A DNA stretch of 64,000 bases from Lytechinus pictus (taxonomy: Eukaryota), in NCBI RefSeq assembly GCF_037042905.1, contig NC_087245.1:37264001-37328000 (forward strand), read 5' to 3'. The notes beneath the pieces were generated by a model that saw only the letters and a list, made by a program, of their open reading frames with translations, was not told the origin of the DNA and searched no databases. A program made the position numbers and the translations under genes. Below are positions 26,280 to 39,425 of the stretch, in pieces; the first letter of the stretch is position 1, and each line of letters opens with the position of its first letter.

Positions 26280-27491
26280 AAAGTATTTTTAGTTTCAAGA
26301 TGGGTCTAAAAGCAGCTAAAGATACAAAGACAAAGGTAAGATTATATCAGGAACCAAACATGCCCTACTTTGAAGAATACTAACATCATTATGTGCAGCA
26401 ATTTGTCCAAAACCCCAGGGCAATTTAGCTTTCTAGCACCGTAGAATTCATTTGGATCGGTCCATCTGATATTAGCAGGTCATCAGTTTATGAGCACGGC
26501 TCACAGTTCTCAAGTAGAACTCAGAAATACAAGCTCGATAAATCTATATTTCATTTTATCCTTGAATATCAGTGGTGCATAGATACAACACAGACCACCC
26601 CCCCCCCACTTATTATAAAAAGCTGAAAAAATTCAAATCAAACTCAAATAGCGATTAATTTAAATCAAGAGATACAAATTTTAGATTGATTTGAATTGAG
26701 GTTTGATTCGAATCCACTGCGACTCTTGGTCAGATTGGGACCAAGGATTATTTTCTGAAGAATCTTGTCATTGTGTTTACCAAGAAATTTGCTGCAAGCC
26801 AATCAGATGCAAGGAAAATCAAATCTTATCGCTATTTGGCAGTGAAAATCACTTACAAATCACTTAACTATATACCTTCAGATGGAGGAGAAAATGGTTC
26901 AAGAACAGTTACACCTGTTCAAGAACAGTTACACTTTCGTAATTATCTGCAGGTAATATCTGATTCTTGACAAACTATGAGAGTTTTGTCCAGAATGAAT
27001 CTCCAAGTTGATTCCTGATTGCGATATCGCATAACTTGATGAATATGAAGACCGATACACTGTTTCAAGAAACTACCACACTAATTATAGGTTGATGAAT
27101 TTAAATGTGAACTCAGGGAAACATTAGGAGCAACTTTGTCTCCATCCATGGTACCAAATGAACAAAGCAATTGCAAAATATGGGATAAAAATCTACAAGG
27201 ATCATGTCTACTAAAAACTGAAACTGAATTACTAGCACACATGGAGCTTTCTCTTGGTACTGAAACAAGATGGGTGCTAGCGGTTCGCCCTGGTGGACAC
27301 CAAGACAGCATGATCCCAGGCAGTCATAGTGGGGGCTATGAAATTTTTGGAGCATTTCATCAGATCAAGACAACTTTGTCTAGAAGCACGGTGGTCAGAC
27401 TGTTTTTATGGTAGCTGTCAGATGAAACAGGTAGGTTTAATGAAAGGCTCCGATGGAGACTATTACTATGAGAGTAAACACCAATTCTCAC

Positions 27492-27612
27492 CTCCCATCT
27501 CTCTGTGCAGCTCCATTAGGGGTAATAGTCTTGATGAAGATACCCAGTTTCTCTAAGCCTGCATCTGCTCCTACTCCCATACCAATAATGCTCAAACCAA
27601 GACCATCAGATC
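27492..27612 (-). CDS. PPP1R9A: Neurabin/spinophilin PDZ exon (121 bp, phase 1 to 2): (G)[39 protein letters not shown](R)
   Basis: Not in the ORF track; read manually on the minus strand. ttttcag acceptor at 27613-27619 and gtgag donor starting 27491. In frame with both neighbouring exons. [23 protein letters not shown] is the neurabin PDZ N-terminal half. Confidence 0.96.
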
Positions 27613-27934
27613 CTGAAAATATAAAACAAAAATAATAATGTAAGAATTAGAAGGCAGGTGTGCAAATCATGCCTTTCTAGGTTTATACTAACTTCAATTT
27701 ATGGTTAGGAAGTATTATGGTGGCATGGTCCTGACTAAAATTTCGTTCAAATGGTCACAAAGTATGTATCCAACTTCACAGCATTCATTTCAATATATTC
27801 ATGTGCTGCACTCAACCCGGGTGAAGCAAATAGTGTCCCAAAAGGCCTCTACTCTATGAGACACAGAGTGCTTAACAGACCTTTTGCAACAGTTCTAGCA
27901 GCTGATCAGCTTGAACATGGGTAATCATTGTGAC

Positions 27935-28076
27935 CAGGGGGGATCCAGGATTTTCCATAACGGGGGCACATTTTTCCGAGGAAAAATTTGACAAGCAAAA
28001 AAAAAAAAGGTTGTCACTTTCAAAGGGGGAGGGCACGGGCCGGCTTTGTCCCCCCCCCTCCCCGGATCCGCCAGTG
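27935..28076. mobile_element. hAT-like MITE with 8-bp TSD
   Basis: caggggggatcc ... ggatccgccagtg; attgtgac at 27927-27934 and 28077-28084. Confidence 0.88.
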
Positions 28077-28609
28077 ATTGTGACTGTAACTACATTTTAC
28101 TTGCAGCCTTCTTTCTCCCCCCCCAAAAAAAAATATATATCGATCATTTATTACTTTTAATCACTTATCAAACAATTTTGATGGTACAGAATAAATAAAA
28201 ATAACTGTTCATCTATCAATTCATAATTTCAATAAGCTTGGTTGAAAAAACAAAATTAACATGTTAGAGAATAAAGGGTCAAAAGCAGCTTGGATGTAAT
28301 CACTTTTATAATAGCCACTTGGCACTTTGGAAGTCTTATGGCACCAAAGTGAGGCCTGGCCAATCAGGCATGTTGCTACTAAACAACACTTGGTGTCTGG
28401 CCTTCTCAGCTGAATCAACATACTATAAAAAGAAATGATATAGATAACTATGAAAGGGCACTCTACGTGAATATTGTTGATTTAAAATTAAAGTGTTGGG
28501 TATCTAACCCATGATCGGTATTACAGAAGAGATAGACGATTGATGAAATTTACTCGGTGATGTTGAATAAACTGGTTGGCTATTTCTTAAAGGAAACAAA
28601 TGGCAAGTC

Positions 28610-28810
28610 GGTGACACAACATTTTCTCCTGCGACAATTGCTTGGGCTTTACTTCGTCTAAGATGTAGGGTCGGGGTTAGGGTTGCAGTAGGGTTTTAGG
28701 TTAGGTTTAGGGTAGGGTATAGTGTTAAATCCAGGGTTGAAGTTGGTCATTCGATTAGTGCGTGGAATATAGAGCAGAGCAATTGACGCCGGAGCAAATG
28801 TCATGGAACC
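28610..28810. mobile_element. 8-bp-TSD MITE with telomere-like core
   Basis: ggtgacac..ggaacc termini; TSD ggcaagtc at 28602-28609 and 28811-28818; ggggttagggttg core. Confidence 0.88.
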
Positions 28811-29630
28811 GGCAAGTCTCCCTGCCCCCCCCCCACCCCCTCAAAAAAAAAGTTTAATCCATCTTGGAAAAACAATGCCAAAACATTTTGCAAAAATAAA
28901 GATGATTATTTTAAGTAAGGTAATATACTGCATTGAAAATATGTGTCCATATGTTTATGCAAGAACATTTAATCAGGTTGAACAAATTATTCAAAATTGA
29001 ATGTCTTCTGACAAAATATCTTGAGATGTATTTTGTTCAGGAAAAAAATCTGAATAAGACTGTGAAATAAATTAATGAGAATGCTTCAGTTTGAAAAAAA
29101 TTGATGTGCTAAATGCATACTGATGAAAAACATACACAGCAGCAAATCAAAGGTCCATAATTAATCATAAACACACACACACATTTCAACCATTTTCGTT
29201 GCACTGAAATGATATGACAGGAGAGAATATGAATGATCTTTCGGAAAAATATAGTCAGAAGAGGAAAATGTCAAGTCAAAAGTACACCATGTGAAATGGG
29301 GAATGGGAATAGGTGGCAAAATAGGCAGACGAAGCGAGGCTCGGAGAAAATATAGACGACGGTGGTAAGTGGAAGCACATTGATATTTTTGAATCGGGGT
29401 TGTTGAAATGCTCTTACATGTCCGCAAATAACCGTGCAACTCAAGACAGGAGCAATTGAGAAATCAAGAGTTTGGAATAAAGGGAGACATAAACTGCTCT
29501 TTTCACCCTCTCTCTCCCTTCACCTTTCCTCTTGCATGTCTCCCGTGTCTTGAAACAAAAAAAAAAATTATTTCTTTGTATGTGTGTTATGCAGGATGGC
29601 AAGATTCTTTTCCATTTTACATCCTCTCTT

Positions 29631-30059
29631 CCACGGGGGGGGGGGGGGGGGGCAGTCAAATATATTACTGTACACATGCATGACCAAAAAAAACGTGTTT
29701 AAAGGGGTGATTTTTCAGTTTTGGACGTGGGCCGTGCGTGCACTTGTTAAGGGTATAAAAAACACAGATTTTCAAGAAAAAGGGTGGTATTGAAAGAATG
29801 GTCAGTCGTGGGGTCAAACGTATTTAGGGCATATTTTTTTTAAAGACTAGCCAAACGTGTTTAGGATATGTTTTTCCCCCAAGCTTTTTCCCTGGGGCAA
29901 CAACTTGTTTAGGGGCCAAAATGTGTAAATAAAGCCCGCAAAAAAATGGTTTAGGAGGTTATTTTGCACACAGAAAAAAAACCTGTTTAGGGGTGTTTGG
30001 AAATAATTTGGTCACGCATGTGTACAACAATAAATTTGACTGCCCCCCCCCTCCCGGGG
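29631..30059. mobile_element. MITE with poly-G/poly-C TIRs
   Basis: gggcagtcaaat..tgtacacatgc.tgaccaaa mirrored by tttggtcacgcatgtgtaca..atttgactgccc; ctctctt on both flanks. Confidence 0.85.
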
Positions 30060-30191
30060 CTCTCTTAATCCATAAAGTGCAGTGGGACCAAGCCTTTAAA
30101 TGGTCATAAACATCGACAGTAGTATTATGAATTGAGACAGTGCACAGAAAGTTAACCGATTATCAATATAATCATCCTCTCATCTCATCTA

Positions 30192-30772
30192 CACTGAAAA
30201 AAACAATGGTGTTTAAATTACACAAGTTGGTGTTCTGAGAGGACCATGCCCCAGGTGTTGAAACACACCATGGGTGGACTTTGGACACATCACCAAATAG
30301 TGTTTAACTATCACTGGTGTAATAGTCCTCTGTGACACTGGTGGTGTAGTTTAAACAATAGTTTTTACAGTGTATCTTCCACACTCCAAATTCAAATAAC
30401 AAACAGAATTGTTATAACACCAATGGGTGTTCATCTATCACTGGTGTAATGGATCCTATGTGACACTGGTGGTGTAGTTAAACACCAAAGTTTTTTTTCA
30501 GTGTATCTTCCACAATAAGGGACATTCCAAAATTCAAATTAAAATAATTTTGATGGTAACACTAATGGGTGTTAAACACTGGTGTCTGGTCTTCTGTGAC
30601 ACTGATGGTGCCGTGTAAATACAATGTTTTTTTTAGTGTATCTTCCATATTCCAAATTCAAATAACAAATTGTGTTATAAAACCAATGGGTCACGATTAA
30701 ACACTGGTGTAGTGGTCCTCTATGACATTAATGGTGTAGTTTAAACACCATAGTTTTCCGGTGTATCTTCCA
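30192..30772. repeat. CACTG..CAGTG element (30192-30372) followed by three ~130-bp tandem units derived from it
   Basis: Units end in gtgtatcttcca with the terminal gtg at 30372, 30503, 30638 and 30763; cactggtgt motifs recur. Confidence 0.85.
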
Positions 30773-31675
30773 CATCTCATAAAAAATCGATAGCACCACC
30801 AGAGTAGGAGATAGTTTCCTCATGCTTGGTCAATACTTCTCCTAATCATCTCTTCTGAATTGATCATATATAGGATGTCTATCCCTATCGGCTTTCATGA
30901 GAAACTAAAAATTATGGATCTGCGTTCGGCTGAGAAAAGCAGATTCTATTACACGCTCGGCTTGAAGTTATCACTGCCTTCTAGGGCTAAATCTCTATAA
31001 TCTATATCAATATCTCTCTCAAAGTGTGCTTTCAGCAAAATATACCAACATATAGTCAGATTTACAATACCAAAGCTTTTACCAATCTTTGAACTATCAC
31101 ATGTACATTATCAATTTCCATATTACAAAATATCTGAACAAGATTGAATTTATACAAAGTTATGGTTGGGCATCTTTCACATTTTCAGGATAAACAGAAA
31201 ACTGCGGTAAACGTTTCTCGTGTGTGGTAAAAACTGATTTACTTGAAGTGGAAACTAATGAAATAATGTTTTCCACTCGGTACCCCTTGGTGCAATGTCT
31301 CACAATAGCTAGACAATTATGAGTGATATTGAACATTTCCTCAGTCCATAGAGTAATATGATCGTGTCAGCGGTTTTACAATGTGAGCATCAGTCAGTCA
31401 GTGAACCTCGGAAGATGTGAAAAATCAACCCAAAAAGCTTTCACTTCATTAGCTAGCTTCCCAGGGGTAGCTAATTCTTTATGAAGTTCCGACAAATCTA
31501 TTTTTTTTTCTCTCTTTTTGTTTAGTGATTGACATATCTCTACATTGCCTGTGATCTAAATAACAATGGTAATAGTAAAAAAGGGATATAATTTGTGATC
31601 TATCCGACTTGGTTATATCCGAATAATCAAATCTGAATCTTGCCAGACACTCCAATTAGTGGTGTTAACCATCTT

Positions 31676-32286
31676 GATCAAGTCCACCCCAGAAAAATGT
31701 TGATTTTAATAAATAGAGAAAAATCAAACTAGCATAATGCTGAAAATTTCATCAAAATCGGATGTAAAAAAGAAAGTATGACATTTTAAAGTTTCACTTA
31801 TTTTTCACAAAACAGTGATATGCACAACTCAGTGACATGCAAATGAAACACAGACGATGATGTCCCTCACTCACTATTTCTTTTGTTTTCTATTGTTTGA
31901 ATTAAACAATATTTCAATTTTTTTTTTACAGATTTAACAATAAGGACCAACTTGACTGAACCGTATAGTATTAAGCAATGCTATTTCCACATGTTCATGA
32001 AGGAATTAATTATTGTTTCACTTGACAATAAGGAGAAAATTAGAATATTTCATATTTTACATAATAAAACACAAAAGAAAGTGATTGGATGACGTCATCA
32101 GTCTCCTTACTTTGCATACTGACTAAGATGTGCATATAGCTGTTTTGTGAAATTAAGCGAAACTTTAAAATGTCATAACTTTCTTCTTTTTTTTTACATC
32201 CGATTTTGATGAAATTTTCAGTGTTATGCTTTTGGGATTTCTCTCTTTTTATTCAAATCAACTTTTTGTTGAGGTGGACTTGTCCT
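31676..32286. mobile_element. Kolobok-like MITE; same family as 45474-46076
   Basis: caagtccacccc ... gaggtggacttgtcct; long inverted arms; left end and TSD decayed. Confidence 0.85.
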
Positions 32287-32606
32287 CTAAGACTCAGAAT
32301 AAAAATACAATACGGATACTTTTCAGTAAAAGATATTTCATTTTTACTCCAAATTGAGGAACAATCAAAAGATATCCAGAAGCCTATGATTCAGCCTGAT
32401 GCCCAAATAAACTTTGGAAAGGATCTATGGAAGGTGTGTGTTTTCCTGGGGAAAAATAGGAAAGAGCAACATTGAACAGACACTTATTTCAAAGTAAAAA
32501 CAAACAAACAGAGGTTCCAGGTAAATTTTCCAACTGTTTTATGCCATTACCTTTAAAAAGTACAGGTAAGTCTAATATTTGGTAATACCTTAGTTGAAAT
32601 AATATC

Positions 32607-32737
32607 GATGGCAAAAAGAAGCTGCTGAAAACTGCTTATCTAATAAAAGAGAGCCAATGGAGTAAATTAGAAAGTAAAAAAGGGGCCTAAGCTTTCGATC
32701 CTAGCAGAATCTTCGTCGGAGGCAAAATGAAAAAATA
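32607..32737 (-). mobile_element. Penelope-like solo terminal-repeat fragment with 12-bp TSD
   Basis: tgaaataatatc at 32595-32606 and 32738-32749; contains a minimal hammerhead motif. Confidence 0.7.
32685..32723 (-). ncRNA. Minimal type I hammerhead ribozyme motif (variant core CCGACGA)
   Basis: Minus strand: gcct-CCGACGA-agattc-tgcta-ggatc-GAAA-gctt-aggc. Stem I gcct/aggc, stem II gattc/ggatc, palindromic AGCT stem III. Confidence 0.65.
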
Positions 32738-32998
32738 TGAAATAATATCAGCAGATGTGTATGAGAAGAAGAATTTCATGCTTATATATATCCCCCTTAT
32801 AAAATAATAAACCACAAACAGCCAATACTTACTTGAATTTACTACATTGAATCTTAAAAGTTGATCTAACTTAATTCAATTCAGTTTCAGTTTCAGTTTT
32901 ATTTTTTCTCATTTCCAACAAAACAGTAGACAAAATCCATCATAAATACAGTTATAACAATTGAAATGTAATTAAAAAACATGTAACAATTGGGTTAA

Positions 32999-33377
32999 AG
33001 GCATTGTTTAACTTTGTGAGCAGCCGATTTAAAAAATTCTCAAACCAAGATGAAACATGTGTACAAGTGCATGTATTAGAACTAATAAACCCTGAAAACA
33101 ACCATTATTGAGAATGAAAAGCTAAAACTACAAGGCAAACCCCGATTTTGTAAATAGGCGTCTTATAGACGCCTAAATAGTACACATAAGTGTATGGGAT
33201 GAAATTAAGATGGTGTTTTCGGTCACTTTATATTTCAATTTTTGAAGCACTAAATAATTATTTTCGAACGCAATTTTTTCTGGGCTTCATTTTTGTAACA
33301 TATCACAGACACAGGTGACAAGTGTGACCTTCTAGCTCAGATTTTTTTAAAAGTCAAACCAATGTTAACCAATCACT
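32999..33377. mobile_element. Kolobok-like element (TTAA TSD)
   Basis: ttaa|aggcattgtttaac ... gttaaccaatcact|ttaa. Confidence 0.75.
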
Positions 33378-34547
33378 TTAACTTAAACTGTTAAAAATTA
33401 TAAATACTTTTTTTTAAATCAGCTAATTTTGAAAAAGAATTTCATTGAGTACTTTCAACATTTTTTTTTACAGTGTATGTAATTTCTAAAGATATTGATT
33501 ATAAATTGAAAGAAATCAGGTACCATCAAGAGAGAATTTTGAGAAAGATAATTGAACATTAATGGTATTATAAACAGTATAAAAAAACAGAAATCAAGAC
33601 AATTACTTAAAAGGAATCCTTGCGGGATATCAAATAATGAAGAGCAAAGTGTGAAGGACAATTAAATGCCTTTTCATAAATGAACAAATGGGGCAATTAT
33701 GAGCATTACATTTACAGTGAACAAATCAACCAACTACTATTCAAGCAATTAAAGCATGAGATAATTTATTTATTTCCATTAGCCATTGGAAAATTGTGAC
33801 AGTGAATGAAAGAAAATGCACCTAACCCCCACAGCGATAGTAATTACTTACGAATCAAAAGTTTGAAAAACCCTTTTAGTAGGAATTATAACTTTATCCA
33901 ATTCAAAAAGATTCTTCTTTAATAATTTTTTAAAATAGATTTTGCTATTTAAACAAGGGATAACATTGTTTCCTAATTTTAAGGTGATCCTTGCTATATA
34001 TAAAAAAAGTTTGTTTCAAGTAATTCTTTGTTAATAAAACAATAAATATTTAGTAAAAAGCATTTCACATAGGTTTGAGTGATATGAACAGTCCACAATA
34101 AATAGGCAGTAACTTAAAAACTAGTATAAAAAAGGTATAAGTATCATATAGGGAGAGGTATTTTCAGAAAGATTTGTGGTAAGTACACAAGCCCTGGCAC
34201 AGGCCTATTGCATAATTTCTATTGGAAATATACATATAGATAGTAGTATTGCATACCTCATTATGAAAACATTGTGCTACGACAGGTCTATTGAAGCAAG
34301 AATACAAGTTACCAGTTCTATGCTTAGAATAACTGAAATATAATGATTTTAAACAGTTGCAAAAAATTGCCATTTTCAGGTGTAATGATTAATAATGACC
34401 TCTGTGAATTTTATCCTTCAAATCTAAAAAAAAAAAAAATCAGTTTATTGTCCCTTCTACATGCATATATTAGGCAAGATTAAGCTTGATCCATTATTTA
34501 ATAAAACAAGCATAGGACAGATGATCCTGGCAACTTAAAAGGTCCTG

Positions 34548-34760
34548 GGGGGTGTTTTCACAAAGATTCAAGTATGACTTAAGTCGCACTTAAATGCAGA
34601 CGCGCACATGATATGCAATGTGCAGTCTGATTGATGGATACGCGGTAGTGCGCATCCCGGGCGCATGATATGACCAATGTCGTGATGTCTTCTATATTGT
34701 ACGCAACTGGGAATTTAAGTGCGACTCTAAGTCACAATTAAATCTTTGTGAACCCCCCCC
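34548..34760. mobile_element. Harbinger-like MITE; same family as 40031-40242
   Basis: ttcacaaagatt.aagtatgacttaagtcgcacttaa is mirrored at the right end; left flank ctg; right end runs into poly-C. Confidence 0.85.
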
Positions 34761-35580
34761 CCCCCGCAACCACCTCGATTGGGTGGAGCCATTGAGGTAT
34801 TAAAAAAATGCTTCCATTATTTTGTATTAATGTCATTCTGCTGTCCATTATTTTTGTATCCAACCAATGAAATAATTCCTCCATAGCTCAACTGTCAAAA
34901 TATGAATAATAATAAAGGTATTAACAAAAGTATTCTTGGTTATACAAACGCTTGTAGAAGTCTGAATGAACCCTATTAAATCTCTAATGCACATTGTCAC
35001 CGAGGGGGAAACAAAGGAAAGGGAAAAGAAGAAGTGGTATGCAATATAAATCCCATTGAGTTTTAATGGGCGATGTCAGCAAATCACAGCATGAGCACAT
35101 TTAACCAGAGAATGTGACTTTCAATGGACATGCTAATGGCATACAGGAAGTTATTCCTCCATCCTAATGGTATATGGAATCTGTTAAGCATTGATAACCT
35201 TTATTTCATTTATGAATACTCTGAAACATTATAAAACATGGAGAAAAGGGTAGGTCTTAGGAAGTGTGGGCGATAATGACGCCAATGCTGGGAGAATGGC
35301 ATAAATGTGAAGATAGAGAAAGAAAAGCACACGAGACCAGTGGAACACTGCAGAGCGGAAGGACAAGGGGATGGGGAAAATGTTTATAAAGAAAGCATCG
35401 CCTCCAATGAAAATAAATCAAATCAATAAATTGAACCACAAGTATGAGAGTAAATGTCAGGTTTATCTCTTCAAGATATTTGGATTCCAACAAGTTATTA
35501 GAAAGCAATAAAATGTGAAAAAAAAAATTAAACAGGCCTATACAGAATTGTGAGTGGCCTAATAACAAAAATATCATCAG

Positions 35581-35763
35581 GTGAGCGTTTCATAAAGCTG
35601 TTCGTAAATTAAGAGTGACTTTAAGAGCGACTGGTGATCCTTTCTTGTGGTAAGTGGTACATTCATTGGTGATGGTTTAGCATGGAAGAAAGGTTCACCA
35701 TACGTTCTCTACGTCGCTCTTAAAGTCGCTTTTAACTTACGAACAGCTTTATGAAACGGCCCC
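35581..35763. mobile_element. Harbinger-like MITE; same family as 57207-57897 and 62306-62476
   Basis: cgtttcataaagctgttcgtaa / ttacgaacagctttatgaaacg; flanks cag / cgg. Confidence 0.88.
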
Positions 35764-36068
35764 CGGATACAGTAGATACATCCATGTTACTGTTATATCC
35801 TAGGATCATGGTTTTTTTTATTTCAGATAAGATGTTGGAGAAGATAGCCGATGGCGAACAATCAATGTAGAAGAATCCTCACAGATCTCAAGAGAAGAAA
35901 ACAGAACAAAGCCTCAAGAGAAGATAATCCATATAACAAGGAAAAGGCCTATATCCTAAACTCTACGATTTGAGTGAGCTTAATCAATCTTTACAGCTGG
36001 CTAGTTGTCCTAGCATTTAAACAGCCCTGTTCATACAGGGAAAAATGTATATTAGTAAGTCAATGCAG

Positions 36069-36342
36069 GGCCCTGTCTTACAAACAGTTATGATAGATCC
36101 AATAAATCTCAACTGTATGGAAATCCATCTATACCATAATATTTTTTTTCTACAGGAAATATGCACAATCTCCTTACTAGACAAAAAGAATCATACTGAA
36201 TCTTCAAGAGAATGATGAATGTATGAATATACACCATATCTGGAAAATATTTGGAACAATTTTGCATTTTAGATGTTGATGTTGCCGGCCGTCCATAGTT
36301 GTGGTTGATCGGATCAATCACAACTCTTTGTAAGACGGGGCC
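36069..36342. mobile_element. Harbinger-like MITE (CAG TSD)
   Basis: cag|ggccctgtcttacaaa ... tttgtaagacggggcc|cag; homologous to 25349-25617. Confidence 0.88.
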
Positions 36343-37784
36343 CAGGTTCTATACATGCACAGACCCTAACTGAGAACACATAGGTGTTGAACCAACACAA
36401 AAAAAAATTAACAATGGAGTACAATTGACAGGTGTAGGCATCTGCGTAAACCAATCAACACCACAATTTTTCCTATGTGCAGTCTCTCATTTTTTAAAGA
36501 GTATGAACTCAGTCATCATTAATCAAATTCAAAGTGACATCTCAAATCTACTGCTATTACAATGGATTTATGAGTATAAAACAGGAAAAGAAAGTTTCAT
36601 ATTTGATTATAACATTTTTTCCCCTTAAACGTGACATGCTGAAGCAAAGCCCATCTGGGAATTCAGCAAACATTGCTTTTCAAAACGATACATGAATGAA
36701 TGAATAGTAACCTAATCCAATTACAGAAAGTTTTATAGAATCTTATAGGGAGGAGATCGATCAAGCAAGCCGCTTTCTATCCTAAGCAAACCTATTTGGA
36801 ACCCTAAACCCTACATCAACACTAAATAGCATATAAAGTGTGATGGCATCATGTCTTTTGGCTACTAAATATTATAAGCACACAACTATATACATGTATA
36901 TAATCCCTTTAAGGTTACATCAGCAGTAGATATGAACAGACCAGATATAGGCGCAAATATTCACTGCTGAATGATATGCACGGTATAAGCTAAAACAACA
37001 ACAACATACATAAAACTATTTTCTTCCCTTTATTAAGTTTATTCCCAATTATTTCTGAATTAAACAAATCACTGAATTCACAGAAATAATTTGCGAGATG
37101 ATTATATATTTTTAGTTTTACTTGAAAGTTCCTAGATCATACATTTCAAAAATATAGTGAAGTGGTGGCTATTGCTATTTTACATTGCCAAATTAGATTT
37201 TCTACATATAAATTTTGAAATACGCACAACACTGTAGTCTTCTCTTTCTTTTTATATCTTTCTCTACCTTCCATCTTCTAGCATTCTTCTGTCTGTCCCT
37301 CTCTCTCTCTCTTAAAAAAACACACACATACACCCACACACACCCCCATAGGATAATAACACTATGTCCTGTAAATGGGGAGGGGGGAGAGAATCATGGC
37401 CCCCATTTCTCTACATGGGAAACTCTTCTAATGGGTTATCTCCCTCTTTCCCTCTCTCTCTCTCACCCACCCTCCTCTACCCTTCTGGGTATCATATTGG
37501 TTTACTTCAGCATTTTGATGTTCTTACATTAGCTCCTATCATGTTGCGTGAAGATTCAACACTAAACAGGATGTTTACTTTCAATATGTATCTTGTCTCT
37601 GTCCCTCGTCCCCTCCCTCGTCCCCTCCCCCCCCCCCTGCTCCATTAAATCATTGATATCCTAGACTCCAAACTAGCTACTTTCTCACACTTTCTTCTCA
37701 TAATTATTTCATGTTGTTTCCATCTTTTCCCACCTTTTCTTATTTTTCCTTTTCCATAAAATCCCATGTGGGCATGTCAAGGTC

Positions 37785-37880
37785 TGGTGGTTCCGAGTCA
37801 GTGACTCTTGACTTTCAAACAGATTATGGGTTCAAATTCAAGCCATGGGGTATTTTCCTTCAGCAAGAGATCCACATTGG
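37785..37880 (+). mobile_element. SINE family 1 head fragment
   Basis: gggttcaaattcaagccatgg..ttttccttcagcaaga matches 53088-53355. Confidence 0.65.
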
Positions 37881-38433
37881 GCCTACAAACTTGTTATGCT
37901 GCCCTCTTAATAGCCCAAATCAGAAATTTAGTCAGTCAGCTTGATCATTTATTTATATTTTATTATAAAAGCCAAAGCCTAGATAATGATATAAGAGGTT
38001 TGTAAACTCTGGCTAAAAAAATCCAAATATTATTATCATTATTATATCATAGGATCTCTAAAAAATTTACTTAAGATTTTTAATTTATCAGACACATCTT
38101 TGTTACTGTCAGTCATTTCCATAATTTTGTATCATTTTCTATCACATTCTATATTTCATAAATTCATAATGAATGAAGATTGGCAGTGGAATAGTAACCA
38201 GGCATTCACTGGATTTAGATTTAATCCTTAGAATTAATCCCTCATATTAAACATTTTAATTTAAATTTGATAACTGAAAATAAATCTTTAGGATTCAAAT
38301 TAGATAAAAAGTTTGGTCTGTCGCACATCACAGCTGGATCAACGTTAAATCCCTGCAACGTAGAGAGTATACTGCCCCCCCCCCCCCTCTCTCTCTAACC
38401 ACCTTTCCCTTTGAATCTCTCATGTCAACTTAC

Positions 38434-38566
38434 CTTTTTCAAGGTCGACGGGGAAAACATCCATTTTCTCCACTCTCTTCTCAAGTTCATATTCAGCTGA
38501 CGCCGCGACGGGATCAATATCATCGTTCCGCCTATCATAGACATCCTGAGCATACGTTTCATGAAC
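38434..38566 (-). CDS. PPP1R9A: Neurabin/spinophilin internal exon (133 bp, phase 0 to 1): [44 protein letters not shown]
   Basis: The [22 protein letters not shown] motif is characteristic of neurabin/spinophilin just after the RVxF PP1-binding motif. Polypyrimidine tract and cag acceptor at 38567-38569; gtaagt donor starting 38433. The symbol denotes the family (invertebrate homologue of PPP1R9A/B). Confidence 0.96.
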
Positions 38567-39425
38567 CTGTTGCAAGTCGGGCAAAAAAAAAGAGAAAGAA
38601 AAATAGATGAGATTGATTAATAAAAGACATTTGAAAAAAGATTTTGTGTTTTTTGTCATATACTGTAACTTCTCATTAGGCTTGTGCTTTGCACATCAGT
38701 TGTAGCAAATACATTATACAATGATTGAAAGTAGTCTATTTCAATGTGATGAGATGTATCAAACAGGATAATCTAAAACATGATTATGGCCCATTGATTT
38801 TTTTTTCATTGAGATTTAAAATTCAAATAACATATTAGCCTTTAACCATGTACAAAAAGGATGTTCATTTCATTTTTAAGAAGCCGATACATTGGTTAAG
38901 ATATTGTTTTGATTCATTTTTACTTTCAACTTGAAACCAACAGAATATTGTATTTATTCATTGAAACCAAAGTGATGTAATAACTAGCACTACACGATCG
39001 TCAAATACCATATCCATTGTGAATGTGCAATTGCTGTAATCCAGTATTCTTTGATACATTAGTTTTTTATCTTTATTTTTACAGATATTTTGAGCAATGA
39101 TTTTAATTATTTAAATGAGAGGAAAGAATATACATTTCTCATAAACACATGTACGAGCTTCCATCAATTCCAATTTCATTTCGGCATGAAATATAATGTC
39201 ATTAGAAGAAATAAATCACCCCAATATTTTTGTATTTCAGTTATCCTTGATCATGAACAAAGTTCAGGTTCAAGGTTGATAATTATTCCAGAAAATATTG
39301 CAACAAAAGGGTCTGAAATCTAAAAAAGTGCAAGTTATTTACAAGACACAAGGAAATTATTGGCACAACAGACAATCCCCAAGGTATTATTACTCAGGCC
39401 CCAATACTTAGGGCAGAGATTTTAA

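Noticed and set aside
33455..33690. RT-like words IYEKAFN and DIPQGFLL on the minus strand
   Set aside because: The motifs are far too close together for a LINE reverse transcriptase and no YADD motif was seen; at best a badly decayed remnant.
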